From Candidatus Hydrogenedentota bacterium (lineage in GTDB: Bacteria > Hydrogenedentota > Hydrogenedentia > Hydrogenedentales > JAEUWI01), in contig JAXMOL010000039.1 of the NCBI GenBank assembly GCA_034669905.1, positions 1 to 64,000 of the forward strand: 64,000 bases of DNA, in the 5' to 3' direction. Positions 9,453 through 18,665 of the stretch are shown one piece after another. The translations under genes and the position numbers were made by a program. The notes under the pieces were generated by a model. That model ran no database searches. It saw nothing but the letters and a program-made list of their open reading frames with translations, and had not been told where the DNA came from. The stretch's first letter is position 1. Every line of letters begins with the position of its first letter.

Positions 9453-12400
9453 GCAGCGATATTCGCGGACCCATTGCCTGGATGGCGCGCCATGGCGTAG
9501 CGCCTAATATTCTCATGGCGACCCTTATCTTGGGCGGCATCTTCATGACCACCCAGATTAAGCAAGAGATCTTTCCGGATTTCTCGCTGGACACCGTAAC
9601 GATCGTCGTGCCTTTTCCCGGCGCCAGTCCCGAGGAAGTGGAAGAAGGCATCATCCTCGCCATTGAAGAGGAAGTGCGCGGTCTCGACGGCGTAGAAGAG
9701 GTGCGCGGTGTAGCCTCGGAAGGCAGTGCCGCCGTGACGGTGGATATCCTGCTGGGGAGTGATCCCCAACAAGTTAATCAGGACATCCAGCAGGCTATCG
9801 ACCGGATTCGCGTTTTTCCAGAGGATGCCGAGGAGCCGATTATCGCCCTCAGCACCCGCCGTCGGGCGGTGATCGACCTCCAGGTGTACGGCGACGTGGA
9901 CGAGTGGTCCCTGCGCCAGGCGGCGGAACAGGTGCGTGATGGCCTGCTGCAGCACGAGAGTATCGCCCAGGTCGACTTGGACGGCGTGCGCGATCTGGAG
10001 ATCCAGATAGAGATCTCTCAGGAGACCCTGCGGGAATACGGGATTACCCTGGATGAAGTGGGGCGCATTGTCCAGGAATCCGCTTTTGACCGGTCCGGCG
10101 GTAAGGTGGAAACCCGCGGCGGGGAAATCCTGCTCCGTCTTCAGGAACGGCGCGACTGGGCCCGCGAGTTTGAAGATATTCCCATCATCACCTCGTCCAA
10201 CGGCACCGTCGTGCGTCTGGGCGACATGGGCACGGTACGCGAAGGCTTCGAGGACAGCAACACCTATGCGACCTTTGAAGGAAAGCGCGCCATTGCCATG
10301 ACGGTCTACCGCATCGGCGATCAGACTCCTATTGGTGTGGCCGATGCGGTGTGGGAATCCATGCCCAAACTCTTGACGGCCCTGCCACCTGATATCGAAT
10401 ATGCGGTGGTGGACGACGATTCGGAAATTTACCGCCAACGTATTGAGCTGTTGCTGAAAAACGGCTTTATCGGACTGTGTCTCGTGATGGTCATTCTCTC
10501 GACCTTCCTCGAGTTTAAGTTGGCTTTCTGGGTAGCTGCCGGGATTCCCAGTGCCTTCCTGGGTACCTTGCTCTTTCTGCCGATGTACGACGTGTCCATC
10601 AACATGGTCTCCATGTTTGCTTTCATTCTTGCACTGGGTATCGTGGTGGATGATGCCATCGTGGCCGGTGAAAATATCTACGAATACCGTCAGCAGGGCA
10701 TGACCAATATCGACGCCGCCATCCTGGGCGTCCGTGATATGGCGGTGCCCATTTCCTTCTCCATTCTGACGAACGTGGTCGCCTTTATGCCCCTGGCCTT
10801 CATGCCCGGCTTCATGGGAAAGATCTGGGCGGTCGTACCGCCTGTGGTGATAACCGCCTTCGCCCTCTCCTGGGTGGAAGCGCTTTTCATTCTGCCGGCC
10901 CACCTGGCGCATGTGAAGGAAGCCGGCACCACGGGGATCGGGGGTAAGCTTCACAGTATTCAGCAGGTCATTGCCCGGGCATTTACCCGCTTCGCCCAGA
11001 AGGTCTACGGACCCTTTGTGGACTTCGCCGTGCGCTGGCGCTACGGGACAATCGCCGTCATGCTCGTTATCCTGGCCCTCGTGCTCTCCATTCCGATCAG
11101 CGGGCGGATGGGTTTTATTCTGATGCCCCAGGTGGAAAGTGAATATGCGCAAGCCGAGGCCACCTTGCCTGTAGGGTCGCCCCGGGAGCGGGCGGACGAA
11201 GTGGTGAAACAGTTGGTAGACAGTGCCCAGGCGGTCCTCGCGAAGAACGGTGGTTCCGAATTGGGAAAGGGCGTGTCGGCAATAGTGAACGAAAACCAGA
11301 TTGAGGTCCGGGCCTATCTGGTGGAGTCCAGTCTGCGTAGCCTCTCGACGGCCCAGGTGACCCAGATGTGGCGCGAGGAATTGGGCGGAGAAATCCCCGG
11401 GCTGGAAAGCATGCGCCTGGCTGCCGATGCAGGGGGGCCGGGACGGGGACCCAAAGTATCCATCGAGTTGGCCCACCGTGATGTGGCGACCCTGGAACGG
11501 GCCTCGGAAGTCGTGGCCGAGCGGCTGGACCAGTTTTCCGTGGTAAAAGATATTGACGATGGTTACACGCCGGGCAAAATACAGTTGGACTTCAAAACCA
11601 CCGAGGAAGCCCGTGCCCTGGGCATTGATGCCACGGAAATCGCCCGGACAGTCCGCGGCAGTTTCTATGGGATAGAGGCTATCCGACAGCAGCGGGGGCG
11701 GAACGAAATTACCGTGCGCCTGCGACTGCCCGAGGAAGAGCGGAGCAGTGAGTCAGATATCGAGAATCTGATGCTCAGCACGCCCATGGGTGGAGAGGTT
11801 CCATTGTATCAGGTCGCAGAGGTGCAACGGGGACGGGCCTATACCGACATCGACCGTCGCAATGGTCGCCGCGTAGTTACCGTCACGGCGAACGTGGAGC
11901 CTGTGGGCGAGACCAGCAAGGTGCTCGCGGCCCTCAAATCGGAGGTGATGCCCGAAGTTCTGCGAGACATTCCCGGGCTGAGCTACTCCTTCGAAGGGCG
12001 CCAGGCCGATATGCGGGATTCGCTGAATTCTTTCATGTCCACGGTGACCATCGCCCTGATCATTATTTTCGTCCTGCTGGCTATTCCATTTCGGAGTTAT
12101 GTGCAGCCGTTGATTGTGATGACCGCCATCCCCTTCGCGGTGGTGGGGGCCATTATTGGCCACCTCATCATGGGCTTCAATCTCTCGATTATCTCTATAA
12201 TGGGCATTATCGCGTTATCCGGCGTGGTGATTAACGACGCCCTGGTCATGGTCGACTATGCCAATAAAAAGCGGAAAGAAGGTATGAGCGCCGTGCAGGC
12301 CATCGAGTCCGCCGGTGTGCGTCGTTTCCGCCCAATCTGGCTGACCACCCTCACGACGTTCTGCGGCCTGGCTCCCATGATTTTTGAAACGTCCCGACAG

Positions 12401-12610
12401 GCGCGTTTCTTAATTCCCATGGCCTTGTCGCTGGGCTATGGCATTGTCTTTGCCACCGCCATCACCCTCGTGCTCGTTCCGGCGCTTTACATCGTGGTGG
12501 AAGATATCATCGGTGTATGGTGTCGCATCTTTGGTGCCCCGGTAGACCACACGGAAGAGCGTCTGGAAGTCGACCCGGAAGGCGGACTGTCCGCCGAGAA
12601 TCCAATGTAG
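9449..12610 (+). CDS. RND efflux permease (AcrB/AcrD/AcrF family)
   Basis: 1053 aa; ALGIVVDDAIV, GVVINDA, RFRPI.LTTLTT..GL.P; 12-TM layout. Confidence 0.96.
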   Translation: MSSDIRGPIAWMARHGVAPNILMATLILGGIFMTTQIKQEIFPDFSLDTVTIVVPFPGASPEEVEEGIILAIEEEVRGLDGVEEVRGVASEGSAAVTVDILLGSDPQQVNQDIQQAIDRIRVFPEDAEEPIIALSTRRRAVIDLQVYGDVDEWSLRQAAEQVRDGLLQHESIAQVDLDGVRDLEIQIEISQETLREYGITLDEVGRIVQESAFDRSGGKVETRGGEILLRLQERRDWAREFEDIPIITSSNGTVVRLGDMGTVREGFEDSNTYATFEGKRAIAMTVYRIGDQTPIGVADAVWESMPKLLTALPPDIEYAVVDDDSEIYRQRIELLLKNGFIGLCLVMVILSTFLEFKLAFWVAAGIPSAFLGTLLFLPMYDVSINMVSMFAFILALGIVVDDAIVAGENIYEYRQQGMTNIDAAILGVRDMAVPISFSILTNVVAFMPLAFMPGFMGKIWAVVPPVVITAFALSWVEALFILPAHLAHVKEAGTTGIGGKLHSIQQVIARAFTRFAQKVYGPFVDFAVRWRYGTIAVMLVILALVLSIPISGRMGFILMPQVESEYAQAEATLPVGSPRERADEVVKQLVDSAQAVLAKNGGSELGKGVSAIVNENQIEVRAYLVESSLRSLSTAQVTQMWREELGGEIPGLESMRLAADAGGPGRGPKVSIELAHRDVATLERASEVVAERLDQFSVVKDIDDGYTPGKIQLDFKTTEEARALGIDATEIARTVRGSFYGIEAIRQQRGRNEITVRLRLPEEERSSESDIENLMLSTPMGGEVPLYQVAEVQRGRAYTDIDRRNGRRVVTVTANVEPVGETSKVLAALKSEVMPEVLRDIPGLSYSFEGRQADMRDSLNSFMSTVTIALIIIFVLLAIPFRSYVQPLIVMTAIPFAVVGAIIGHLIMGFNLSIISIMGIIALSGVVINDALVMVDYANKKRKEGMSAVQAIESAGVRRFRPIWLTTLTTFCGLAPMIFETSRQARFLIPMALSLGYGIVFATAITLVLVPALYIVVEDIIGVWCRIFGAPVDHTEERLEVDPEGGLSAENPM

Positions 12611-12789
12611 AAAGGGCGTGCCGGGTTCCCTGAAGTCGACTTGGTCGTATTCGCTGGTTTTTGGGATGCTGGACTGCATGGCATCCCTGTTCCAACCCAT
12701 GATGCTTCTCTTGCATACCGCTGGAGCAATTGATAGAGTGTGCGGAGTCATTGTCGGTATTGGAAGCTGGGGTGGGCAAGCGAGGTGAA

Positions 12790-14364
12790 TTGGAACTCTC
12801 AAGCGATACGTTCGACGTCATAATCTACGGGGCCACGCCAGCCGGCATCGCCAGTGCCGTGGCCGCGGCACGTATGGGACGCTCCGTTGCCCTTATCGAT
12901 ACCCACGCCCACATCGGTGGCATGGCCGCCAGTGGGCTGGGTAAGAGCGATGTAGAGAAGCCCGAGTACATTGGTGGGATCTTCAGCGAGTTTACCGGGC
13001 GCGTGCTCGGCCACTATGAGAGTGTGTTCGGTCCTCGTTCTAAAGAGGTGCAGCTCTGCAAGGCGGGGTACTATTACGAGCCCCATGTGGCGGAAGCCGT
13101 TTTCGAGGCCATGGTGGGGGAGCACGAGACCATCACCGTGCTGCGGCTCCACCGTCTCCTCGCTGCAACGACCCAAGGCGGGCGTCTCACGGCGATCCAT
13201 CTCCTCGATATGGAAGAAGAGGAGGCCGTAGACCTGACCGGCGCAGTATTCCTCGACGCGTCCTATGAAGGTGACCTCTATGCGGCCGCGGGGGCAGGCT
13301 TTCGGCTGGGCCGAGAAGGGCGGAACGTCTTTGACGAACCCCTGGCCGGCTATATTTACTACGATTTTGACAACGGTGTCATGTTGCCCGGCACCACGGG
13401 CGAAGGGGATAACGGACTGCCCGCCTGGACCTACCGCCTTTTTCTATGCTCGGAGCGGGAAAATAGTGTGCCCATTCTGGAGCCGCCCCACGACTATGAC
13501 CGAAAGGTCTACACACCCTATTTCGAAGACCTGGAAGCCGGGCGACTGGGGGGGCCTAAAAACTTCCATGAAGGCCGCGGATATTTTCCGGCCCACTTTA
13601 ACACCATGGTGCGTGCCCTCTCCGTTACCCGTATGCCCAATGGGAAGAATGATGTTAACATCAATCCCCGTCCCCTGGCCTTTCCGTTTCCCGAGGAAAA
13701 CGCTGGATATACGGAGGGGGACTGGGAAACCCGTCAGCGTATTGAAGCCCGGCATCGCAATCTGGCCCTGGGGCTGCTCTGGTTTCTTCAGAATGACGAG
13801 GAGATTCCCGAGGCCCACCGGATGATGGCCCAGGAGTATCAATTACCCCGGGATGAATTCGTCGATAATGGCCACTTCCCCTGGCAACTCTACGTGCGGG
13901 AAGCACGGCGGCTGGACGGGTGTTATACCATCACCCAACATGACGTCTCTATCGGTGAAGGTAAGCCCCGGGAGTTTCATCACGACGATGTCATCGCGAT
14001 GGGCGAATTTCCCATTGACAGTTTTCCCGTGCACAAACGTCAGCCCCACGACCGCGTGGTGCTCGAAGGATACCTCGGCATGCTGGGCCACCTGACCCGG
14101 CCCTACAAGATTCCCTATCGTGCTATGCTGCCGAAAGAGATTGATGGTCTTATTGTGCCGGGTGCCCTGTCGGCATCCCATGTAGCCTATTCCTCCATAC
14201 GCATGGAGCCCACGTGGATGGCCCTCGGCCATGCGGCCGGAGTCGCCGCCCATCTGGCAATTGCCCACGATTGTCCGGCCCGTGACGTTCCCATCGATGA
14301 GCTCCGAGATACCCTCCGAAAGCAGGGGCAGGTGGTTGAGCCTCCCGCCGGTTCCCTGTCGTAG
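12790..14364 (+). CDS. FAD-dependent oxidoreductase (FAD_oxidored-type)
   Basis: DVIIYGATPAGI Rossmann motif, GGM.ASGLG, DASYEGDL, LYVREARR, Y.IPYRA.LP, SHVAYSSIRMEP; TTG 12790 follows a GAGGTG RBS. Confidence 0.88.
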   Translation: MELSSDTFDVIIYGATPAGIASAVAAARMGRSVALIDTHAHIGGMAASGLGKSDVEKPEYIGGIFSEFTGRVLGHYESVFGPRSKEVQLCKAGYYYEPHVAEAVFEAMVGEHETITVLRLHRLLAATTQGGRLTAIHLLDMEEEEAVDLTGAVFLDASYEGDLYAAAGAGFRLGREGRNVFDEPLAGYIYYDFDNGVMLPGTTGEGDNGLPAWTYRLFLCSERENSVPILEPPHDYDRKVYTPYFEDLEAGRLGGPKNFHEGRGYFPAHFNTMVRALSVTRMPNGKNDVNINPRPLAFPFPEENAGYTEGDWETRQRIEARHRNLALGLLWFLQNDEEIPEAHRMMAQEYQLPRDEFVDNGHFPWQLYVREARRLDGCYTITQHDVSIGEGKPREFHHDDVIAMGEFPIDSFPVHKRQPHDRVVLEGYLGMLGHLTRPYKIPYRAMLPKEIDGLIVPGALSASHVAYSSIRMEPTWMALGHAAGVAAHLAIAHDCPARDVPIDELRDTLRKQGQVVEPPAGSLS

Positions 14365-14596
14365 CGCTCCCAGGCCCCCTTGGTTTTCCGTGTTTCCATT
14401 GTTTTTCTCTTGTGTTGCTGCTATAGTCAATCAGGCCCAGCGGGAACGGAGAACGGGACCCGTCGCCGGGGATAACGCAGGCACCTGCTGCGTCTCTCCG
14501 TTGGGTTTTACGTTTGGTACATGCCACTTTCCACGGGCCTGTCGATGCGGTCACAATCCGGGGGAAGGGGTTCGTGTAATACCGGGAGAACTATCC

Positions 14597-16051
14597 ATGT
14601 GTCGCTATTTCACCTTACTATTGCTCGTGGGCGTTACACTCTTTATGGGCGGTAGTCCGGCCCCTGCGCAAGGGCCCTTGGGGAACGATCAGTACGCCTT
14701 TAAGATTTACGCGGTCGATGTCGGCTATTACCCCATCGTGCAGGTTTACTTCCGCACCTGGGACCAGAACCGGGATCCGCTGCGTAACGTCAACTATGCC
14801 AACATTGGCGTAATGGTAAAGGGACGGAATTACGAGCCCACAATTTTCGACCCCCAGACCCGTCAGACCCAGTACACCATTGAGACCCTGCAGAACCGCG
14901 AGGAGGGATTCCGAACCGTCCTGGTCCTGGACTGCAGTCTCTCCATGGCCGGCAAGCCCTTCGCCGATGCCCAGAACGCCTTGATTCGCTACGTGGAAGC
15001 CAAGCGTCCCGCCGACCAGATCGGCATCATTGCAATTCGTGATGAGGCGGAAGGCTTTCAGTTGGTATCGGGTTTTGAAAAAGATCCGACGCTGCTTTTT
15101 CAGCGTATCGCCGATATCAAATGTGACGGCAAGACTACCCGCCTTTACGACGCCATCGCGGGTGCCATGGAAATGGCGGGCGCCGCGTCCCAGGGGAGTT
15201 CGAGTAATGCGGCGGTGGAGCATTCCGTACTCAATTCCATCGTGGTACTTTCGGATGGGCATGATGAAGGCAGTGCCGTGGCCCGAGACGAATTGATGAA
15301 CCGTATTGGCCAATTGGATGTGCCTGTACCCATCTTTTCGTTGGCCTACTCCAAATCGAACACAGACCATTTCCGGAACCTGGAGGCCCTTTCGAAGGGG
15401 AGCTTCGGCCGCTATTGGACCCACAGTGATTCCCAGGAATTTGCGGCGACGGTCCAGAAGATTCATGATATTAATCGCTCGGATTACGTGGTGAGTTTCC
15501 GCTCCTATGTCGACGTGGACGGTGGCCAGCATCCCTTTAAGATTGGCCTCGCCTATCCGTCCAATACTGGACGCTTTATCTGGGAAGATGGCAACTTTGA
15601 AGCCATTGATTCACCGGCCCAATATATTCCCGAGACCCAGGCCAAGTACCAGGCGACACAAGCATTGATTCCCGCGCTCGCCAACGCGTGCCCCTACGTA
15701 GGTTGCGCCCCTGCAGCCATGGCCGCGCCACCCGCCGCGGCACCTGCGCCTTCAACAGCACCTGCGCCTTCAACAGCGCCGCCCGTCCCGGCAGAAGCGA
15801 CTCCGGCCGCCGCGCCAGTGACGGAAACCGCAGATACGACTGCAAGTAAAGAGGAAGAAGAAGAGAAATCCTTCCTGGAAGAAAATGGCGCCCTCCTGGG
15901 ACTTGGGGCGGGTATACTTGCCTTGCTCATTGCCATTCTCAGCTGGGTCCGAGGCGGAGGAGGCCCCAAGGGCGGCGGTGGCACGTCTCCCGGTGGCCGC
16001 CATTCGGCACCACGCCTGGGTTCTTCCTACGACGTTGATACCGAGCTCTAA
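14597..16051 (+). CDS. Exported von Willebrand factor A domain protein with Pro/Ala stalk, C-terminal TM anchor and short cytoplasmic tail
   Basis: Signal peptide from ATG 14597 (GGGAGA RBS); MIDAS DCSLS...T...SDG; APAPST x2 linker; TM GALLGLGAGILALLIAILSWV. Confidence 0.88.
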   Translation: MCRYFTLLLLVGVTLFMGGSPAPAQGPLGNDQYAFKIYAVDVGYYPIVQVYFRTWDQNRDPLRNVNYANIGVMVKGRNYEPTIFDPQTRQTQYTIETLQNREEGFRTVLVLDCSLSMAGKPFADAQNALIRYVEAKRPADQIGIIAIRDEAEGFQLVSGFEKDPTLLFQRIADIKCDGKTTRLYDAIAGAMEMAGAASQGSSSNAAVEHSVLNSIVVLSDGHDEGSAVARDELMNRIGQLDVPVPIFSLAYSKSNTDHFRNLEALSKGSFGRYWTHSDSQEFAATVQKIHDINRSDYVVSFRSYVDVDGGQHPFKIGLAYPSNTGRFIWEDGNFEAIDSPAQYIPETQAKYQATQALIPALANACPYVGCAPAAMAAPPAAAPAPSTAPAPSTAPPVPAEATPAAAPVTETADTTASKEEEEEKSFLEENGALLGLGAGILALLIAILSWVRGGGGPKGGGGTSPGGRHSAPRLGSSYDVDTEL

Positions 16052-16054
16052 GCT

Positions 16055-16095
16055 GCGCATGGGGCGGGAGGGCGGAGGTGCCCTCTCGCCTGCGC
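16055..16095. other. Strong intercistronic hairpin between the vWA and FHA-ABC genes
   Basis: GGCGGGAGGGC-GGAGGT-GCCCTCTCGCC with outer GCGCA/TGCGC; no U-tract. Confidence 0.55.
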
Positions 16096-16120
16096 GGTAG
16101 CCTGAATAATTGGGGATACC

Positions 16121-18628
16121 ATGTCGAAACGCAAGGCTGTTGCCTACCTTGAAGCCTCCGACCCCTTATTGTTGCAGCCCCATTACCCGATCTTTGAAGG
16201 TGGGGTGAAGGTTGGTCGCGATTCCGATGTGTGTGAAATTATTCTCTCCCGGGAGTTTGTCTCACGCCGTCACTGTGCCCTGCGTGCAGAAGACGACGGG
16301 GTGGTGGTTGAAGATCTGGAAACCACCAATGGCACCTTTGTAAATGGCGTTCAGGTACGCCGTCAGCGACTGAATCCCGGCGACCGCATTGGGCTGGGGA
16401 AGGCCTCGCCCCACCACTTCATCTTCACGTTAAGTGACGAGACGCCCAAGCGCAAATACGTCTTGCCGACCCAGAAGGTCTACCGTATCGGCCGTGCGCC
16501 TGAGTGCGACCTGCCCCTGTTACGGGACCCCACGGTTTCCAATCGCCACGCCCGTCTCTTGGTACGTGCCAATAAAATGACCATCGAAGACCTGGGGAGT
16601 TCCAGTGGTACCTTCGTCAACGGTCAGTGGGTGCGGGTTGCCGACATCAGTCCCGCCGACCAGGTACGTATCGGTACCACGGAACTGAATTTCCAGCAGG
16701 GCGTGGAAGGCATGCGGGTCACCGCCCAGACCCGGCAGAACCAGGTCCGTCTCGAAGCCCGGGACCTCGTGCGCACCCATGGGAAGCTCCAACTCCTGAA
16801 AAACATCAACCTGGTCATCGAGCCGGGCGAGTATGTCGGGGTGCTGGGGCCCAGTGGGGCCGGTAAATCGACCCTGCTCAACGCCCTCAATGGCTTTTAC
16901 CCGGCGACGGGGGGGCAGGTCCTCATGAACGGCACCTCCCTCTACGATAGCTACGACATGTATCGCAATGCCATCGGCTATGTGCCCCAGGATGACATTA
17001 TCCACCGGGAATTATCTGTCGAGCGCTCGCTGGCGTACACGGCTCAGTTGCGCCTGCCCCGTGATACGGGACCGGAGCAGCTGGAAGAGCAGGTCACCAG
17101 CGTGATTGAGACGTTGGGCTTGAGTCACGTGCGCCAGAGTCCAGTGCTGAACCTGAGTGGTGGCCAGCGGAAGCGCGTCTCTATCGGCTGTGAATTGCTT
17201 ACCAAGCCGAGTCTACTCTTCCTCGATGAGCCCACCTCGGGGCTAGATCCGAGCACGGAAGAAAAGCTCATGCGTCACTTCCGGCAGATGTCGGAGCAAG
17301 GGCAGTCGGTCATCCTCACGACCCACATTCTCTACAACCTCGACCTCCTCGATATGGTGATTCTCCTGTCCCGGGGGCGTCTGGTCTATTTTGGACCCAC
17401 CTCCGAAGTCTGCCAGCATTTCGATAGCCCCAATCAGCGCGTTGAGCGGCCCATTGATATCTTTGATCTCCTCGAGCCCGATACGACGGATCCCTCGGTG
17501 CGGGAAGAACGGGCTGAGCACTATGCGCGGGTTTATCAGGGTTCTCAATTGCACAAGGAATACGTGGCCGGTCGTTCGACCAAACCTCCGAAATTTGATG
17601 TCGGGGTTCAGGTGAACGCCCGGGAGACCGTGGCCCCCGGAGAACGCCCCAAGTCACGCAGTGGATTCGGTAGGCGTACCCGCGGACTGCTGAAAGGGAT
17701 GGCCAATGTGGGGCAGTTTATGGTGCTCACGCGCCGTACCCTGGACCAGAAGCTGGCCTTCCCCAAGCGGATGCTGATTCCCCTTTTGACGCCCCTGGTG
17801 CTGGCCATTTTGACGGCCACCCTGGAATTGGGGGACCAGCAGGCCCTGACCCAGGCCCAATTGGACTTTGAACAGGCCAATCCCCAGTTTCTGGGTATGC
17901 TGGACCAGCCTAATATGCCGGTCAGCCGGGAGGAGTTTATTGGTCTGCGATTTCAGGGCTTCGGGGGGCTGGCCATTCCGCTGGCCTTACCCCTGACGAT
18001 GGTGATGACCGCCGTATTTCTCGGTACCCTGTCAGCCTGTCTGGAGATCTCAGGCGAACGTCCCATATACCTTCGGGAACGGGCTGTAAACCTGGGAATC
18101 GTCAATTATCTCGGCAGTAAACTACCCGCCCTGTTCCTCCTCTCTGTGGTACAATGTTTTATGTATGTCGCCTGTGTGATGGCCGTGCTCCATCCACCAG
18201 GTGTGAATGTGTTAGGTGTTGTGCTTATCTGTATTGCGGTGGCCTGGGTCTCCTCGATCATCGGACTCTTTATCTCGAGTCTGGACCCGACACCCGGTCA
18301 AAACTCGGTGATGCTGGCCGTGATTGCCATGTTGCCCCAGATGCTCTTTTCCGGCGCGATGGCTCCGGCCTTCTTTGATGGTATGCATCCCGTGACCCAG
18401 GGCGTGGCCGCCATACTGCCCGCACGTTGGGGCTTTGAGTTGCTCCTGACGGTGCTTTACGAAGAACCGTCCTGGGCGCGAGACCTGATCACGGCCGCAA
18501 GCCCATCCGGGATGGGTTTTGGTTTTGGCACCGAGGTCATTAAGACCAACGGTGCGGCCCTGGTGGCCCTGGCCGCAGGATATTTTGTGGCGACCTGTGT
18601 AAGCCTGCGACGCTTTGACAAACTCTAG
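16121..18628 (+). CDS. FHA-FHA-ABC ATPase-ABC2 membrane fused exporter (Rv1747-like architecture)
   Basis: Two FHA domains (GR...VSRRH...TNGTFVNG; GR...VSNRH...SSGTFVNG); Walker A GPSGAGKST, LSGGQ, LFLDEPT, TTH; C-terminal multi-TM domain with ER.IY.RER. Confidence 0.93.
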   Translation: MSKRKAVAYLEASDPLLLQPHYPIFEGGVKVGRDSDVCEIILSREFVSRRHCALRAEDDGVVVEDLETTNGTFVNGVQVRRQRLNPGDRIGLGKASPHHFIFTLSDETPKRKYVLPTQKVYRIGRAPECDLPLLRDPTVSNRHARLLVRANKMTIEDLGSSSGTFVNGQWVRVADISPADQVRIGTTELNFQQGVEGMRVTAQTRQNQVRLEARDLVRTHGKLQLLKNINLVIEPGEYVGVLGPSGAGKSTLLNALNGFYPATGGQVLMNGTSLYDSYDMYRNAIGYVPQDDIIHRELSVERSLAYTAQLRLPRDTGPEQLEEQVTSVIETLGLSHVRQSPVLNLSGGQRKRVSIGCELLTKPSLLFLDEPTSGLDPSTEEKLMRHFRQMSEQGQSVILTTHILYNLDLLDMVILLSRGRLVYFGPTSEVCQHFDSPNQRVERPIDIFDLLEPDTTDPSVREERAEHYARVYQGSQLHKEYVAGRSTKPPKFDVGVQVNARETVAPGERPKSRSGFGRRTRGLLKGMANVGQFMVLTRRTLDQKLAFPKRMLIPLLTPLVLAILTATLELGDQQALTQAQLDFEQANPQFLGMLDQPNMPVSREEFIGLRFQGFGGLAIPLALPLTMVMTAVFLGTLSACLEISGERPIYLRERAVNLGIVNYLGSKLPALFLLSVVQCFMYVACVMAVLHPPGVNVLGVVLICIAVAWVSSIIGLFISSLDPTPGQNSVMLAVIAMLPQMLFSGAMAPAFFDGMHPVTQGVAAILPARWGFELLLTVLYEEPSWARDLITAASPSGMGFGFGTEVIKTNGAALVALAAGYFVATCVSLRRFDKL

Positions 18629-18665
18629 TTTTAACCATCCCGATGGGTAGCGCCCCGGGTGGTCG

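Noticed and set aside
9188..11476. 762-aa antisense ORF and similar long shadow ORFs (26625-28112, 29049-30278, 36289-37836, 49624-51570, 51660-52931)
   Set aside because: Each lies opposite a clearly recognisable gene, has no motifs, and is expected from GC-rich codon bias.
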